From NCBI GenBank assembly GCA_963733745.1, contig CAVTFE010000059.1, positions 39,449-103,448 of the forward strand: a stretch of DNA of 64,000 bases, in the 5' to 3' direction. The stretch is from an uncultured bacterium (lineage in GTDB: Bacteria; Chloroflexota; Ktedonobacteria; Ktedonobacterales; JADMIN01). Positions 19,904 through 32,039 of the stretch are shown one piece after another. Each line of letters begins with the position of its first letter. Position 1 is the first letter of the stretch. The notes under the pieces were generated by a model. The model did no database searches. It was not told the origin of the DNA and saw nothing but the letters and a program-made list of their open reading frames with translations. A program made the translations under genes and the position numbers.

Positions 19904-20797
19904 CTGACACTCCGCTGGGGCCGAGGCCCCGCGGGTTCTCGGACTACGCACAGCCCAACGGCTCACGTTGGCGTCCGAAGGCGGTATCCCCGCCTACTGC
20001 ACCTTGCCGTGCCCCAGCCGCAGGATGTTCAGCGCCGCGTTGTGGTCGCGATGCAGGCTGGTGCCGCACTCCGGGCAGAGATGCCAGCGGACGGACAAGC
20101 CCTTCGAGACGATCGCGCCACAGCCTGGCCCCGAACACCGCTGGCTGGTGAACGCGGGATTCACCGCTACCACTCGCTTCCCGGCGCTTGCAGCCTTGAA
20201 CGCGAGGATGGTCAGGAACGCGCTCCAGCCCGCATCGCTGATGCTCTTGGCGAGATGGTGGTTCTTGACCATATTGGCGACCCGCAGGTCTTCATGATAG
20301 ATCACATCGTACGCTTGGACGAGCTTGGAGCGCTTCCTTGTGGTGGAAGTCGCGCCGCTGCCGTGGCGATGTGCTGATGCGCTTTGGCCAAGAGGGCGAC
20401 GGCTTTGCGTCGGCGGTGGCTGCCCTTCTTGCGCCGGGCGACGCGCCGCTGGCAGCGGCGCAGATAGGCTTCGGCTTTGCGATAGTAGGCTGGGGTGAAG
20501 ATGGGCTGCTCCGTTGGCGAGCGTGGCGAAGGACTCCAAGCCCAGGTCGATGCCGGTCTCCTGTCCGGTGGATAGCAAGGCGTGTACCGGCACATCGGCG
20601 CAGGAGATGGCGACATACCACCCATCCGCCTCCTTCGAGACGGTGATGGTCTTGGGGGTTCCCTCAAGCGGACGCGACCAATGGACGCTGATGCGCCCGA
20701 TCTTGGAGAGCACCAGGACGCCATTGTCCAGCCGCGCGCCGTTGCCATACTCCTTGAAGGTGAAGGAGTGGTAGCGGTTTCTGCCCTTGAATGTCAA
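19904..20797 (-). mobile_element. tnpB: 5'-deleted IS200/IS605-family TnpB element with right end / omegaRNA region
   Basis: Starts at TFKGRNRYHSFTFKEYGNG; GIDLG, YHEDL, Zn finger and HRDHNAA present. Right end GAGAACCCG...CGGAGTGTCAG as in the copy at 58.4 kb. Confidence 0.88.
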
Positions 20798-20885
20798 ACA
20801 ACATCGAGAAACGTCAAGGCGGCTCCACCGCGCCTGCTCCAGTATGGCATATCATGTAGCCTGCTAGCTCAGGAGAGGAGATACG

Positions 20886-21725
20886 ATGAAGTACGGTCTG
20901 GATGTGCCAACCACTGGCGAGTACGCTGATCCACGTGTCCTGGCACAGTTGTCGAGCGAGGCCGAAGCGGCGGGCTGGGATGGCTTCTTCCTCTGGGATG
21001 TACTGCTCGGCGGCGCCGACATGATGACCGCCGTGCTCGACCCCTGGATCGCGCTCACCGCCGTAGCGCTGAACACGACGCGCATCAGGATTGGTACGCT
21101 GGCGACGCCGCTGGCGCGCGAGCGACCCTGGCTGGTGGCGCGCCGGATCGCCAACCTCGATCAGGCATCGAATGGTCGCGTGATCTGCGTCGCCGGGCTA
21201 GGATTCCGCGAGGCGGACTTCACCTCCTTTGGCGAGGAGGGCGATGCGAAGATTCGCGCGCAAAAGCTAGATGAAGGGCTGGCGGTCCTAGCAGGGTTGT
21301 TGACTGAAGAGCATTTTTCCTTCGCGGGCGAACACTATACTGTGGAGCAGGTCACGTTGCGGCCACAACCTGCGCAGACGCCGCGACCGCCGATCTGGCT
21401 CGCCGCTGGCTGGCCACGTAAAGCGCCGGTACGCCGCGCCGCGCGCTGGGACGGCATCTGCCTGAAGTCCTACCATCAAGATCGGCGTGAGCCGCTGACT
21501 CCGGCTGACGTGAGTGAAGCGCTGGCGTATGTCCGTGAGCGCCGATCATCGGATACGCCATTCGATGTGGCGGTGAGCGGCGAGTCGCCAGCGGATATCA
21601 ATATGGCGCGCGAGCAGGCGCAGCCTTTCTCCGACGCTGGCGCGACGTGGTGGATCGAGGAAGGGCTTGGCTGGACGCTCGATGAATTTCGCGCGCGTAT
21701 CCAGGCTGGCCCGCCGCGCAGGTAA
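20886..21725 (+). CDS. LLM-class flavin-dependent oxidoreductase
   Basis: AEAAGWDGFFLWD, DPWIALTAVA, TTRIRIG, PQPAQTPRPPIW. Confidence 0.9.
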   Translation: MKYGLDVPTTGEYADPRVLAQLSSEAEAAGWDGFFLWDVLLGGADMMTAVLDPWIALTAVALNTTRIRIGTLATPLARERPWLVARRIANLDQASNGRVICVAGLGFREADFTSFGEEGDAKIRAQKLDEGLAVLAGLLTEEHFSFAGEHYTVEQVTLRPQPAQTPRPPIWLAAGWPRKAPVRRAARWDGICLKSYHQDRREPLTPADVSEALAYVRERRSSDTPFDVAVSGESPADINMAREQAQPFSDAGATWWIEEGLGWTLDEFRARIQAGPPRR

Positions 21726-21813
21726 TCAGCGCACGCGCCATTTCTCCGCATTGGCTGGCCGTGTACAATGGCGCTGAAGCGAACGCCTGTGCGCCATGCG
21801 AGGGAGATTCACC

Positions 21814-22183
21814 ATGCGTACACTGCTCGATAAGCTTTTCCGGGACCGGGAAAACGTCATATGCGAAACGGCGCGCCGCTGGATCGTCGTCGTCATCGCG
21901 CTCGCGCTCGGCGGATTCCTGGTGCTCGCGCTCTGCGGGACAGGATGAGCGCTTAACCACGTCGCAGGCGTCATCTTGGTGGCGTTTGGCGGGCTTGCCC
22001 TTCCTCTACGCGCTCATCTGCGAAATTCTCGATCTCCGCGAAGGACACCTCTCGCCGGAGGAGTGGGACCGGCAGGAGCAGGAGCGCCGCGTGCGCGAAG
22101 GCGTCGAGCAGGCAGCCAAGATGCAGGCAATCTATGGCGCGCTCAACGCGGGTAGTTCGCCGGAACGCTCATGGTCACAATGA
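21814..22183 (+). CDS. Small hypothetical membrane protein (frameshifted)
   Basis: RBS GGAG then ATG 21814; MRTLLDKLF...WIVVVIALALGGFLVLAL joins ORF 21761-22183. Confidence 0.5.
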
Positions 22184-22228
22184 CAGCAGACAGTTCGCTG
22201 AGATCACATCACAGCGCTGTCACACAAG

Positions 22229-23660
<1,432 letters not shown>

Positions 23661-23717
23661 AAAGCATCGATAACGCTACGAACTGTCATATGCCAGAGTA
23701 GGGAGTAGACCATCCCC

Positions 23718-24663
23718 ATGAGCGAGCCGAATCTCGATCCAGCGTCCCAACAGACACCTGCCCAGCCGCCGCGCGCCGATAGCTCAACTAGCTCCGCGCG
23801 GCGTGGGACGGTACGCAGCATCCACTATGCTCTGAGCTACCTCGCGCAGAACCCTGAGCGCGGACCCCAGGGCGCGATCGTGCTGCTACATGACCTGCCG
23901 GGCGGCGCGTTCGCCTGGGAGGGTGTATTGCCTGGGCTGGCTGGAACGGGGCGCGCGGTCTACGCCTTCGACATGCTCGGCTACGGCCAGTCGGCGCATC
24001 CCTGGCCATCGGACACCTCGAACTGGGGGCAGGCGGATTGCCTCCAGTACGCCTTCGAAGCGCTGAAGCTGACGGACATCACGCTGGTCGGCGCTGGCCT
24101 CGGCGGCGCGGTGGCGCAGACACTCGCTACCCGGCTCTACCGTGACAAGGTCGCGCGACTCGTCCTCGATCAACTCGTATCTGTACACTGTCGCCTTCGC
24201 GCCCAACTGGCCGCTGACCGAGATGGTGAAGCGGCAAGACCCCGAGGCTCCGCACCATACCAAGCCGGAGGACCTGCTCGCCGATCTGCGCGCGACGCTC
24301 CCGAATGGCGCGGCGAAGGCGCTGCCCGACGCGCGGCTGGACGCCTACACCAACGAGTGGCAGGGCAAGGTCGGCGCTGAGATGCTCTTCCAGCACGTGC
24401 GCCTAATGCGCCCGGACTATGTCAACTCCGTCTCGACCGACGTGGAACTCTGGCCGAAGCCGATGCTGCTGCTCTGGGGTGATCAGGACAGTGTGACGCC
24501 GCTGAGCCTGGGGCAGCGTCTAGCCAACGCGAATCCCAACGCGCGGCTGGAGGTCCTGCGCGGTGCGGGCCACCTTACGCTGGATGATGCGCCTGGCGCG
24601 GTCGCGCAACTCGTCAGCGACTTCGTGAGCGACTTCGTGAGCGACTTCGTGAGCCAAGCATAA
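23718..24663 (+). CDS. Alpha/beta-fold hydrolase-like protein (frameshifted)
   Basis: IVLLHD, DMLGYGQS, GAGLGG (no Ser at the nucleophile position), LLWGDQD, GAGH. Confidence 0.8.
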
Positions 24664-24735
24664 CGGCGCAGCCGGAGCAGAACACGAGCCACTGCGGACA
24701 AACTCATCATCTAGCGGGAAATTGTGGTTTTAAGG

Positions 24736-24963
24736 CTACGCTGTGGCAAATACGTGTGGCTGCGGCAAGGGTTTGCCATCCTGCAGCGTCCATAGGATCA
24801 GCGAATCGATGAGATCACGCCCCTGCTTGACCGCTTCTTCATAGGTCGCACCATGAGTATGTTGCCCTGGAAACTCCGGCACTGATACTACAAACACATC
24901 ATCTTCTACCGACCACTCGATGATCATGGAATAGTGTGGATTATGTTCGGACGTATCGCTCAT
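24736..24963 (-). CDS. hicB: HicB-family antitoxin (short form)
   Basis: YSMIIEWSVEDDVFVVSVPEFPGQHTHGATYEEAV...GKPLPQP. Confidence 0.9.
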   Translation of the reverse strand: MSDTSEHNPHYSMIIEWSVEDDVFVVSVPEFPGQHTHGATYEEAVKQGRDLIDSLILWTLQDGKPLPQPHVFATA

Positions 24964-25175
24964 GGCTGCCTCCGTTGCGCATCTTGCAGTGTTTGTAGCG
25001 CTTCCCGTACTGCTCGCTCCTGATAAGATTTCGCGTCATCGCCGTCATGACCCGCAAGCGTCACTGGGTCAGGAACTAGAGGATGCGACCAGCGTGTGTG
25101 GCTGCCCTTTCCGGGACGCGCAGTTAATCCCGCTCTTCGCAGTTCTGCTTTCAACTGACGAAGTTTACGCGGCAT
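24960..25175 (-). CDS. hicA: HicA-family mRNA interferase toxin
   Basis: LRRAG...GKGSHTRWSHP; ATGA overlap with hicB. Confidence 0.9.
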   Translation of the reverse strand: MPRKLRQLKAELRRAGLTARPGKGSHTRWSHPLVPDPVTLAGHDGDDAKSYQERAVREALQTLQDAQRRQP

Positions 25176-25334
25176 TTTTCTTTCTCCGGCGCCATCATGG
25201 TAGCATACAACGCGGCGCTGCCTTTACACGCAACGCCAATACACGCAACGCCAAGCAGCGCCGCGCTCAAGATGTCCATAACAACAGCAAGGCGACCAGT
25301 TGGCCGCCCTGCACAGTAGTCGATGTTCGGTGTT

Positions 25335-27173
25335 CTACACTGTGGCTGCCTTGCGCGCGTCAGCCTGGGCGTAGAGCTGCTCGTAGAGGTCGCCGTACTT
25401 CTGGTAGATCAGCTTGCGGCGAATCTTCAGTGTCGGCGTCAGCAACTCGTTGACGACAGTGAAGTCCTCCGGCAGCACATCCCAGTACTTGACCGTCTCG
25501 TAGCTGGCGAGTTGGCTGTTGGCGGCGGCGACATGCGGCTCCAGGAAGGCGCGCAACTGTGGCGAGCGCGCGATCTCGGCGATGTCGGTCGTGCCGAGGC
25601 CGTTCTCCTGCGCCCACTTCGCCGCCGCCACTGGATCAAGTGTGAAGAGCGCGACTAGATACGGCTTGCGGTCGCCATAGATGCACGCCTGCGACATCAG
25701 CGGCATCTGCTTGAAGACATTCTCGATCTGCTGCGGGCCGATGTTCTTGCCGGCGGCGGTGATGATGAGGTCCTTCTTGCGGTCAACAATCTTCACGTAG
25801 CCGTCGTGGTCCACTGTGCCGATGTCGCCAGTATGGAACCAGCCGTCAGAGTCGAGCGCCTCGGCGGTTGCCTCGGCATTGTTGTTGTAGCGCAGGAAGA
25901 TCTCCGGGCCGCGCACCAGAATCTCGCCATCCTCAGCGATCCGCAGTTCGCTGCCGGGATAGACGCGCCCGACGGTGCCCATGCGGTAGTGGTCGAGTGA
26001 GTTCACCGTAAAGCCTGCGGCGGTCTCAGTCAGGCCCCAACCCTCGAGCAGCGTTGTGCCACAGGCGTTGAAGAACTCCAGAATTTTGATGTCCAGCGGG
26101 GCCGCGCCGGTCAGCGCCAGCCGCAGCCGCCCGCCGAGCGCCTGCCGCACTTTCTTGAAAACGAGTCGGTCGGCGACCGCATAGCGCATGCGCAGGCCGA
26201 GCGGGATGCCCTTGTGCGCCTCTTTGCGCTGGCTGACCTCACGTCCGACCTTCTCCGCCCAGGCGAAGATGCGCTGCTGTGTGTGCGAGCCTTTGTCCAC
26301 GCGCTCGCGTATCGTCCCATACACCTTCTCATACACACGCGGCACACTGAAGAGCAGATGTGGCCTCGCCTCGCGCAGGGCCTCCGGAAGTTGGTCAAAC
26401 GACTGCACATAGACCGTCTCGAAGCCGCGATCCACGCCGACGAAATGCTCCAGCCGGCCAAAGACGTGCGAGAGGGGCAGGAAGAGCGTGTCCACCATGC
26501 CCTGACTGAGTTCTGGGAACATTGCGTGCGCGCCCTTGAGTTGCGCCAGGAAGGTGCTGTGGCTGTGGACCACGCCCTTGGGCATGCCCGTCGTGCCGGA
26601 GGTGTACACCAGCGTCAGCAGGTCGTTGGGCTGGATCTCGCTGGCGCGCTGGGCCGCGAAGGCATCCTGCTCCTTGGGGCTGCGCTTGCTCAACGTCAGC
26701 AGGTCGGCGAGCGAGATCACCCAGGGATCGCTCACCTTTTCGGCGTCCTCGAAGATGATGACCTTTTTGACGTTGGGAATCTCGGCGCGAATGCTATTGA
26801 GCTTATCGTACTGTGACTTGTCCTCGGCGAAGACATAGCTCGCGCCAGAGTCGTTGAGGATGAACGAGTTGACGGCAGGCGTATTGGAGGGATAGAGCGT
26901 GACGGTCGCAGCGCCCAGGCCAATGTTCGCCCAGTCGGCCACGGCCCATTCCCAGCGCGTGCTGCTGGCGATACCAATCACGTCGCCGCGCTTGGCGCCC
27001 AACTCGTCTAGCCCGGCGATCAGGCTGTTCACCATGCGCTGGTTCTCGCGCCCAGTGGCCTGCCGCCAGGCGCCGTCGCGCTTCTGCCGCCAGCGGACCT
27101 TGCCGCCAAATTTCGCGGAGCGATTGCGAAATAACTGTGCGAAGTTCGTCTCGGTTATCTGGTTCGACGGCAT
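25335..27173 (-). CDS. Long-chain fatty acid-CoA ligase (AMP-binding)
   Basis: YTSGTTGMPKG, FLPLSH, GWGLTET, WFHTGDIG, DRKKD, TPTLKIRR. Confidence 0.95.
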   Translation of the reverse strand: MPSNQITETNFAQLFRNRSAKFGGKVRWRQKRDGAWRQATGRENQRMVNSLIAGLDELGAKRGDVIGIASSTRWEWAVADWANIGLGAATVTLYPSNTPAVNSFILNDSGASYVFAEDKSQYDKLNSIRAEIPNVKKVIIFEDAEKVSDPWVISLADLLTLSKRSPKEQDAFAAQRASEIQPNDLLTLVYTSGTTGMPKGVVHSHSTFLAQLKGAHAMFPELSQGMVDTLFLPLSHVFGRLEHFVGVDRGFETVYVQSFDQLPEALREARPHLLFSVPRVYEKVYGTIRERVDKGSHTQQRIFAWAEKVGREVSQRKEAHKGIPLGLRMRYAVADRLVFKKVRQALGGRLRLALTGAAPLDIKILEFFNACGTTLLEGWGLTETAAGFTVNSLDHYRMGTVGRVYPGSELRIAEDGEILVRGPEIFLRYNNNAEATAEALDSDGWFHTGDIGTVDHDGYVKIVDRKKDLIITAAGKNIGPQQIENVFKQMPLMSQACIYGDRKPYLVALFTLDPVAAAKWAQENGLGTTDIAEIARSPQLRAFLEPHVAAANSQLASYETVKYWDVLPEDFTVVNELLTPTLKIRRKLIYQKYGDLYEQLYAQADARKAATV

Positions 27174-27321
27174 AATCAGCGCCCTCCTCGTTCGCCTGCA
27201 ACGGCGATGGCGGCGTCCACCAGCGGCGCCGCTTCCCCTGCAAGATACCCTGCTTTTCGCATAAGAGCAAGTTAGCGCGTCAGACGCGCCTTGAATCCAC
27301 GGCTGGCGTGAGATGGCGCGC

Positions 27322-29449
27322 TTAGTGCTCGCGCGTCGCCTCCTGCCGTACGTCGAGCAACACCGCCGATGCGGCCACCTGCGTTCCCGGACGCGCGTGA
27401 ATCGCGGCGACGACACCATCGTGTGGCGCGCGGATGGTGTGCTCCATCTTCATCGCCTCCAGGATCACCAGCGGGTCGCCTGCCTGCACCTGCTGCCCCT
27501 CCGCCACGAGCAGCGCGATCACCTGCCCCGGCATCGGCGCCGAGAGCGAGTCGCCGGACCGCACGTGCGCATCTGGCTCCGGCAGCGGCGAGATCCAGCG
27601 CAACACGGCCGTCTCACCCTCACCCACCTGCGCCCACCATTCACCCGGCGTCGCCTCCAGCGCAGTGATGCGCCGCCGCAGACCACCTACGACCATCGTG
27701 AGATCCGGCCCCACGCGCTCGACGACGCTGACACTCACATGACTGACGCGTTCGCCATCGGTGATTGTCGCCGCGAAGGACTCATCCGCGCCAGGCAGCA
27801 GTTGAACCTCAGCAGGAGAGTTACGGGGACTATACCCACTTCCTGATGAGATTTCAAGTGGCGCGAATCGCTCGATCAGCGGGCGGTTGCGATTATTGCG
27901 CCAACCAGTAAGTGATAGCGAAGGCTCGCCGACATTGCGTTGCAGCGCGCAGGCTAGTGCGGCCATCTCCAGCAGAGATAGCCCAGCCTCATCCATCGAA
28001 GGCTTCTCTAGCTCCGCCACGTGGCGCTCCAGAAACGCCGTATTGGTCTCGCCAGCTACGAACGCCGGATGCAGCAACACACGCCGTAGGAACGCGATGT
28101 TGTTGCGCACGCCGAAGAGCGTCGTTTGCCCAAGCGCACGCTCCAGCAGGCGCACCGCCTCAATCCGGTCGGCTCCGTGCGCGCTAATCTTCCCCACCAT
28201 CGGATCATAGTAGATCGAGATCGCATCGCCCGTGCTGACGCCAGCATCCACGCGCACGCCTTGATCGTGCGGCTCGCGCCAGAGCGCCAGCGTTCCTGTC
28301 GCGGGAAGGTGATTCTGCGCGGGGTCCTCGGCGTAGACACGCGCTTCGATAGCATGCCCGCTGAACGTGACCTGCTCCTGCGTCAGCGGCAATGAGCGCC
28401 CCTCCGCGACCTGTATCTGCCAGCGCACGAGGTCCAGCCCCGTGACCAATTCTGTGACGGGATGTTCGACCTGCAATCGCGTGTTGACCTCGAGAAAGTA
28501 GAACTGGCCGTCGGGCGCGAGGATGAACTCGACCGTGCCTGCGTTGCTATAGCCAAGCTGCTGTCCGACCGTGACGGCAGCCTCGCCCATGCGCGCGCGC
28601 AACTCCGGCGAGAGCGCGATGGAGGGCGTCTCCTCGATCACCTTTTGATGCCGCCGCTGGATCGAGCACTCGCGCTCACCCAGATGAATGATGTGGCCCT
28701 GCGCGTCGCCGAAGATCTGAAACTCGATGTGGCGGGCTTGGCGAATCAGCCGCTCCAGCAGTAGACGCGCATCGCCAAAAGCTGACTGCGCCTCACGTCG
28801 CGCCGCAGCTAACGCCTCCAGTAGATCGCGCTCGCGTTCGACGACGCGCATGCCCTTGCCACCGCCGCCTGCCGCCGCCTTCACCATCAGCGGGAAGCCG
28901 ATCTCGCGCGCTGCCGCCGATGAGCCGACTATCTGATTGATCAGCATCATCATAGCCAGGAACGACTGGCACACCTGCCGCCGACATCAGCCGCCGCGCC
29001 GCGCTCTTATCGCCCATGCGCGCGATCACCTCAGGCGACGGCCCGATGAAGATGAACCCGGCGTCGCGACAGGCGGCGGCGAACTCGGCGCGCTCAGCCA
29101 AAAAGCCGTAGCCAGGGTGTATTGCGTCGGCGCCAGTGCGTTTGGCGGCGGAGATCAGCGCGGGGATGTTGAGATACGAGGCGCTGGCGGCGCTCTCGCC
29201 GATGCGAACTGCCTCGTCGGCCTCGCGCACGTGGCGCGCGCTGGCATCGGCGTCGGAATAGACTGCGACGGTGGCGATGCCCATCGCGCGGCAGGTCCGC
29301 ATGATGCGACACGCGATCTCGCCGCGATTGGCGACTAGCACCTTGCGTATCATACGCGGCATGGCGGGAACTGAAGCGGGCTGCGGAGCCTGAACTGGCG
29401 CCGCTTCCTGACTCGCGAGCTGAGTTGGTCGAGTGATGGTTCTGCTCAT
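27322..29449 (-). CDS. Acyl-CoA carboxylase alpha subunit (biotin carboxylase + BCCP; AtuF/LiuD-like), frameshifted
   Basis: [49 protein letters not shown]. Confidence 0.93.
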
Positions 29450-30237
29450 GCGTCGGGAACCCACGGCGCCGGCTTCTTCTGGAGAAACGCCAGAATGCCC
29501 TCGGCGGCTTCTTCGCTCATGCGCAGGCGGTCGAACGTGGCGACGCGCTCCTCCAGTGAGTCCGGTTGTGCCAACACAGCGAAGAGCAGGCGCTTGCACT
29601 CACGTAGCGCGTTCGGCGCGCACTTCAGGATGTCCGCGACCATCGTCTCCACCTGTATGTCAAGTTGTCCTTCGCCTGCAACCTCGGCGATCAACCCATA
29701 CTCCAGCGCCGCCGTCGCGCCGAAGCGTCTACCGGTGAGCATGAGTTGGCGTGCGCGCGTGAAGCCAACGCGCTGGATCACATAGGGCGAGATCACTGCT
29801 GGAGCGATGCCCAGCCGCACCTCTGGCAGGCCAAAGGTCGAGTTCTCGTCCGCGATGGCGATGTCGCTGACACAGACCAGCCCTAGCCCACCGCCCATCG
29901 CCGCACCCTGGATGCTCGCCACGACCACCTGTGGCGCCTCGTTCACCGCCCGCAGCAAGTCATCTAGCCGCGCGCCGATGCCTGCGCCACCCTCCGAGGC
30001 CGCGCTCATATCGCGCAGCTCACCCCCGGCGCAGAACGTCTCACCTGCCGCGCGCAAAACCACCACGCGCACGTCACGATACGTATCCTCGCTCAACTCG
30101 GTAAAGCAGCGCAGCAGTTCCAAGACCATCGCCAGGCTCAGGGCGTTGCGCGCCTCCGGCCGGTTCAGCGTGACCGTCGCCAACGGCCCCTCAATTGCGC
30201 AGGTGATCGTTTCAAAGGCATCCATCTTGCCGCTCAC
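29446..30237 (-). CDS. Enoyl-CoA hydratase (AtuE/LiuC-like)
   Basis: [32 protein letters not shown]. Confidence 0.9.
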   Translation of the reverse strand: MSGKMDAFETITCAIEGPLATVTLNRPEARNALSLAMVLELLRCFTELSEDTYRDVRVVVLRAAGETFCAGGELRDMSAASEGGAGIGARLDDLLRAVNEAPQVVVASIQGAAMGGGLGLVCVSDIAIADENSTFGLPEVRLGIAPAVISPYVIQRVGFTRARQLMLTGRRFGATAALEYGLIAEVAGEGQLDIQVETMVADILKCAPNALRECKRLLFAVLAQPDSLEERVATFDRLRMSEEAAEGILAFLQKKPAPWVPDA

Positions 30238-30563
30238 TTCTCATCCACCGGCATGTACAACACCGCCCCGGCGAGCGATTTCCCTAACCCATCTAGCCGT
30301 AGCGCGCGCGTCGCACCGCCATCCAGCGCACCATGCAAAACAAAATTCAGCGCCTCGATATTGTCCAGGTCGTAGCGCTCAACCCGCCCTTGAACCAGCG
30401 ACCCCAGATGCTTCTGTACGCGCTCGGCGGTGATCTTCTCTTTGATCTCAACATACGCTTCGGGTGAGCGCGCGATCACGCTGACGTTGGCGATGTTCCC
30501 TTTGTCACCGGAGCGCCCAAAGGCCAGTTCGTAGAGCCGCCGAATTGGCTTCATCTTGGCCAT
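30234..30563 (-). CDS. AtuA-related small protein (stand-alone C-terminal ferredoxin-like domain)
   Basis: RSGDKGN, ALNFVLHGALDGG, LRLDGLGK. Confidence 0.85.
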   Translation of the reverse strand: MAKMKPIRRLYELAFGRSGDKGNIANVSVIARSPEAYVEIKEKITAERVQKHLGSLVQGRVERYDLDNIEALNFVLHGALDGGATRALRLDGLGKSLAGAVLYMPVDEK

Positions 30564-31928
30564 CAGGCCACCTCCGTCACCTTCACGCTGACCTGCGGCT
30601 CGACGGCCTCGCGCGCGACGAGCGCCGGCCAGAGACCCAGCAGCGGACGCGGATCGGCGCCGACCGACTGACCAGAGACCGACATTCCCGCTGGACCCGA
30701 TAGCCCCAGCGCCATCGCCCGGCGCACGGCTGTCTTCAGCGTCTCCTGGTCGCTGGCGGTAAACATGACGCGCACGATCAGTTCGATGGGGTCGTCTGGC
30801 GCAGGAACGAGCGGGCCAAAGAGGCTCTCCTGCCCCATACGCTGGAACTCGACACGCGTGATCGGCAGCCCCTCCCAGGTGGCGGCGAGCATACCACGCA
30901 TCTGCTCCTCTTTGCGGTAGACCTCCGGCCAGCCCAACGTAAAGATCAGCTCGCGGCTATAGCCCTCCAGCCGCGCGACGTTGACTTTGAGCGTCTCGGT
31001 GCGCGGTGCGCCGGAAACTCCGCTGACGCGCACTCGGTCGGGGCCGTCGTCCTCCAGCCGCAGCGTCGTGATGTTCGCCACGACATCCGGCGTGATGTAC
31101 GCGCGCGGATCGTGCATCTCGTAGAGCAGTTGCTCCTTCACTGTCGCCTGCGAGACGCGCCCAGGCGTTCCAGGCGTCTTCGTCACGACGAAGCTGCCGT
31201 CGCTCTCGACCTCGGCAATGGGATAGCCCAGCCGCGCCAGATCGCTGGACGCGATCTCATCCAGCAGCGCCAGACTGTTGCCACCGACGACCTGCCCCGT
31301 GCATTCCAGCAGATGACCGCAGATGATCCCGCTCGCCAGCCTGTCCCAGTCATCCCACGCCCAACCATAATGATGAATCAGCGGCGCGAGATAGAGGCAC
31401 GGATCGGCCACACGCCCGGTGATGACGATATGCGCTCCCTGCTCCAGCGCCTCTACGATAGGCCTCGCGCCGAGATAGGCGTTGGCAGTAACGATGGGCG
31501 GGCCATCCAGTGTCAGCGGCGCGCCGGTCTCCATCTTCGCCAGCGTCTCGCCCGCAGCCAGCAAATCACCCAGCCACGCAAGGAGATCGTCGCCAGTCAC
31601 AGTCGCGATCTTCAGACCATGCAGCCCGTGGCGCTCCGCCGCCTTGCGCACGACCTCCGCCGCGCTGGTCGGGATTCAGCCCGCCGCCATTGGTGATCAG
31701 CGGAATCTTGCGCGCGAATGCCAGCGGCAGGATGCGCTCAGCGATGACCTCGATGTCGCGCGTGTAGCCCCGGTTCGGGTCGCGCATCTGGTCGCGCCGC
31801 AGAATCGCCAGCGTCAGCTCGGAGAGCGCCTCGAAGCAGACGACATCCACATGCCCGCCCTCGATCATGGGCAGCGCGCGTGTCACATCGTCGCCGTAGA
31901 AGCCTTCCGCCGAGCCAATACGCAGCAT
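30563..31928 (-). CDS. atuA: Acyclic terpene utilisation AtuA family (DUF1446), frameshifted
   Basis: RIGSAEGFYGD, TNGGGLNP, ANAYLG, GRVAD, GHLLEC, EQLLYE, YITPDV. Confidence 0.88.
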
Positions 31929-32039
31929 CGCGTCTCTACTCCTGAACACGGCGGACGACGCAACCGTGGGCGTTTGCACGGACTTCAGTCCGCCGCCATC
32001 GTGCTCCGGCTCTTCAGAGCCGAGAGCGCGTTAGTCGGA

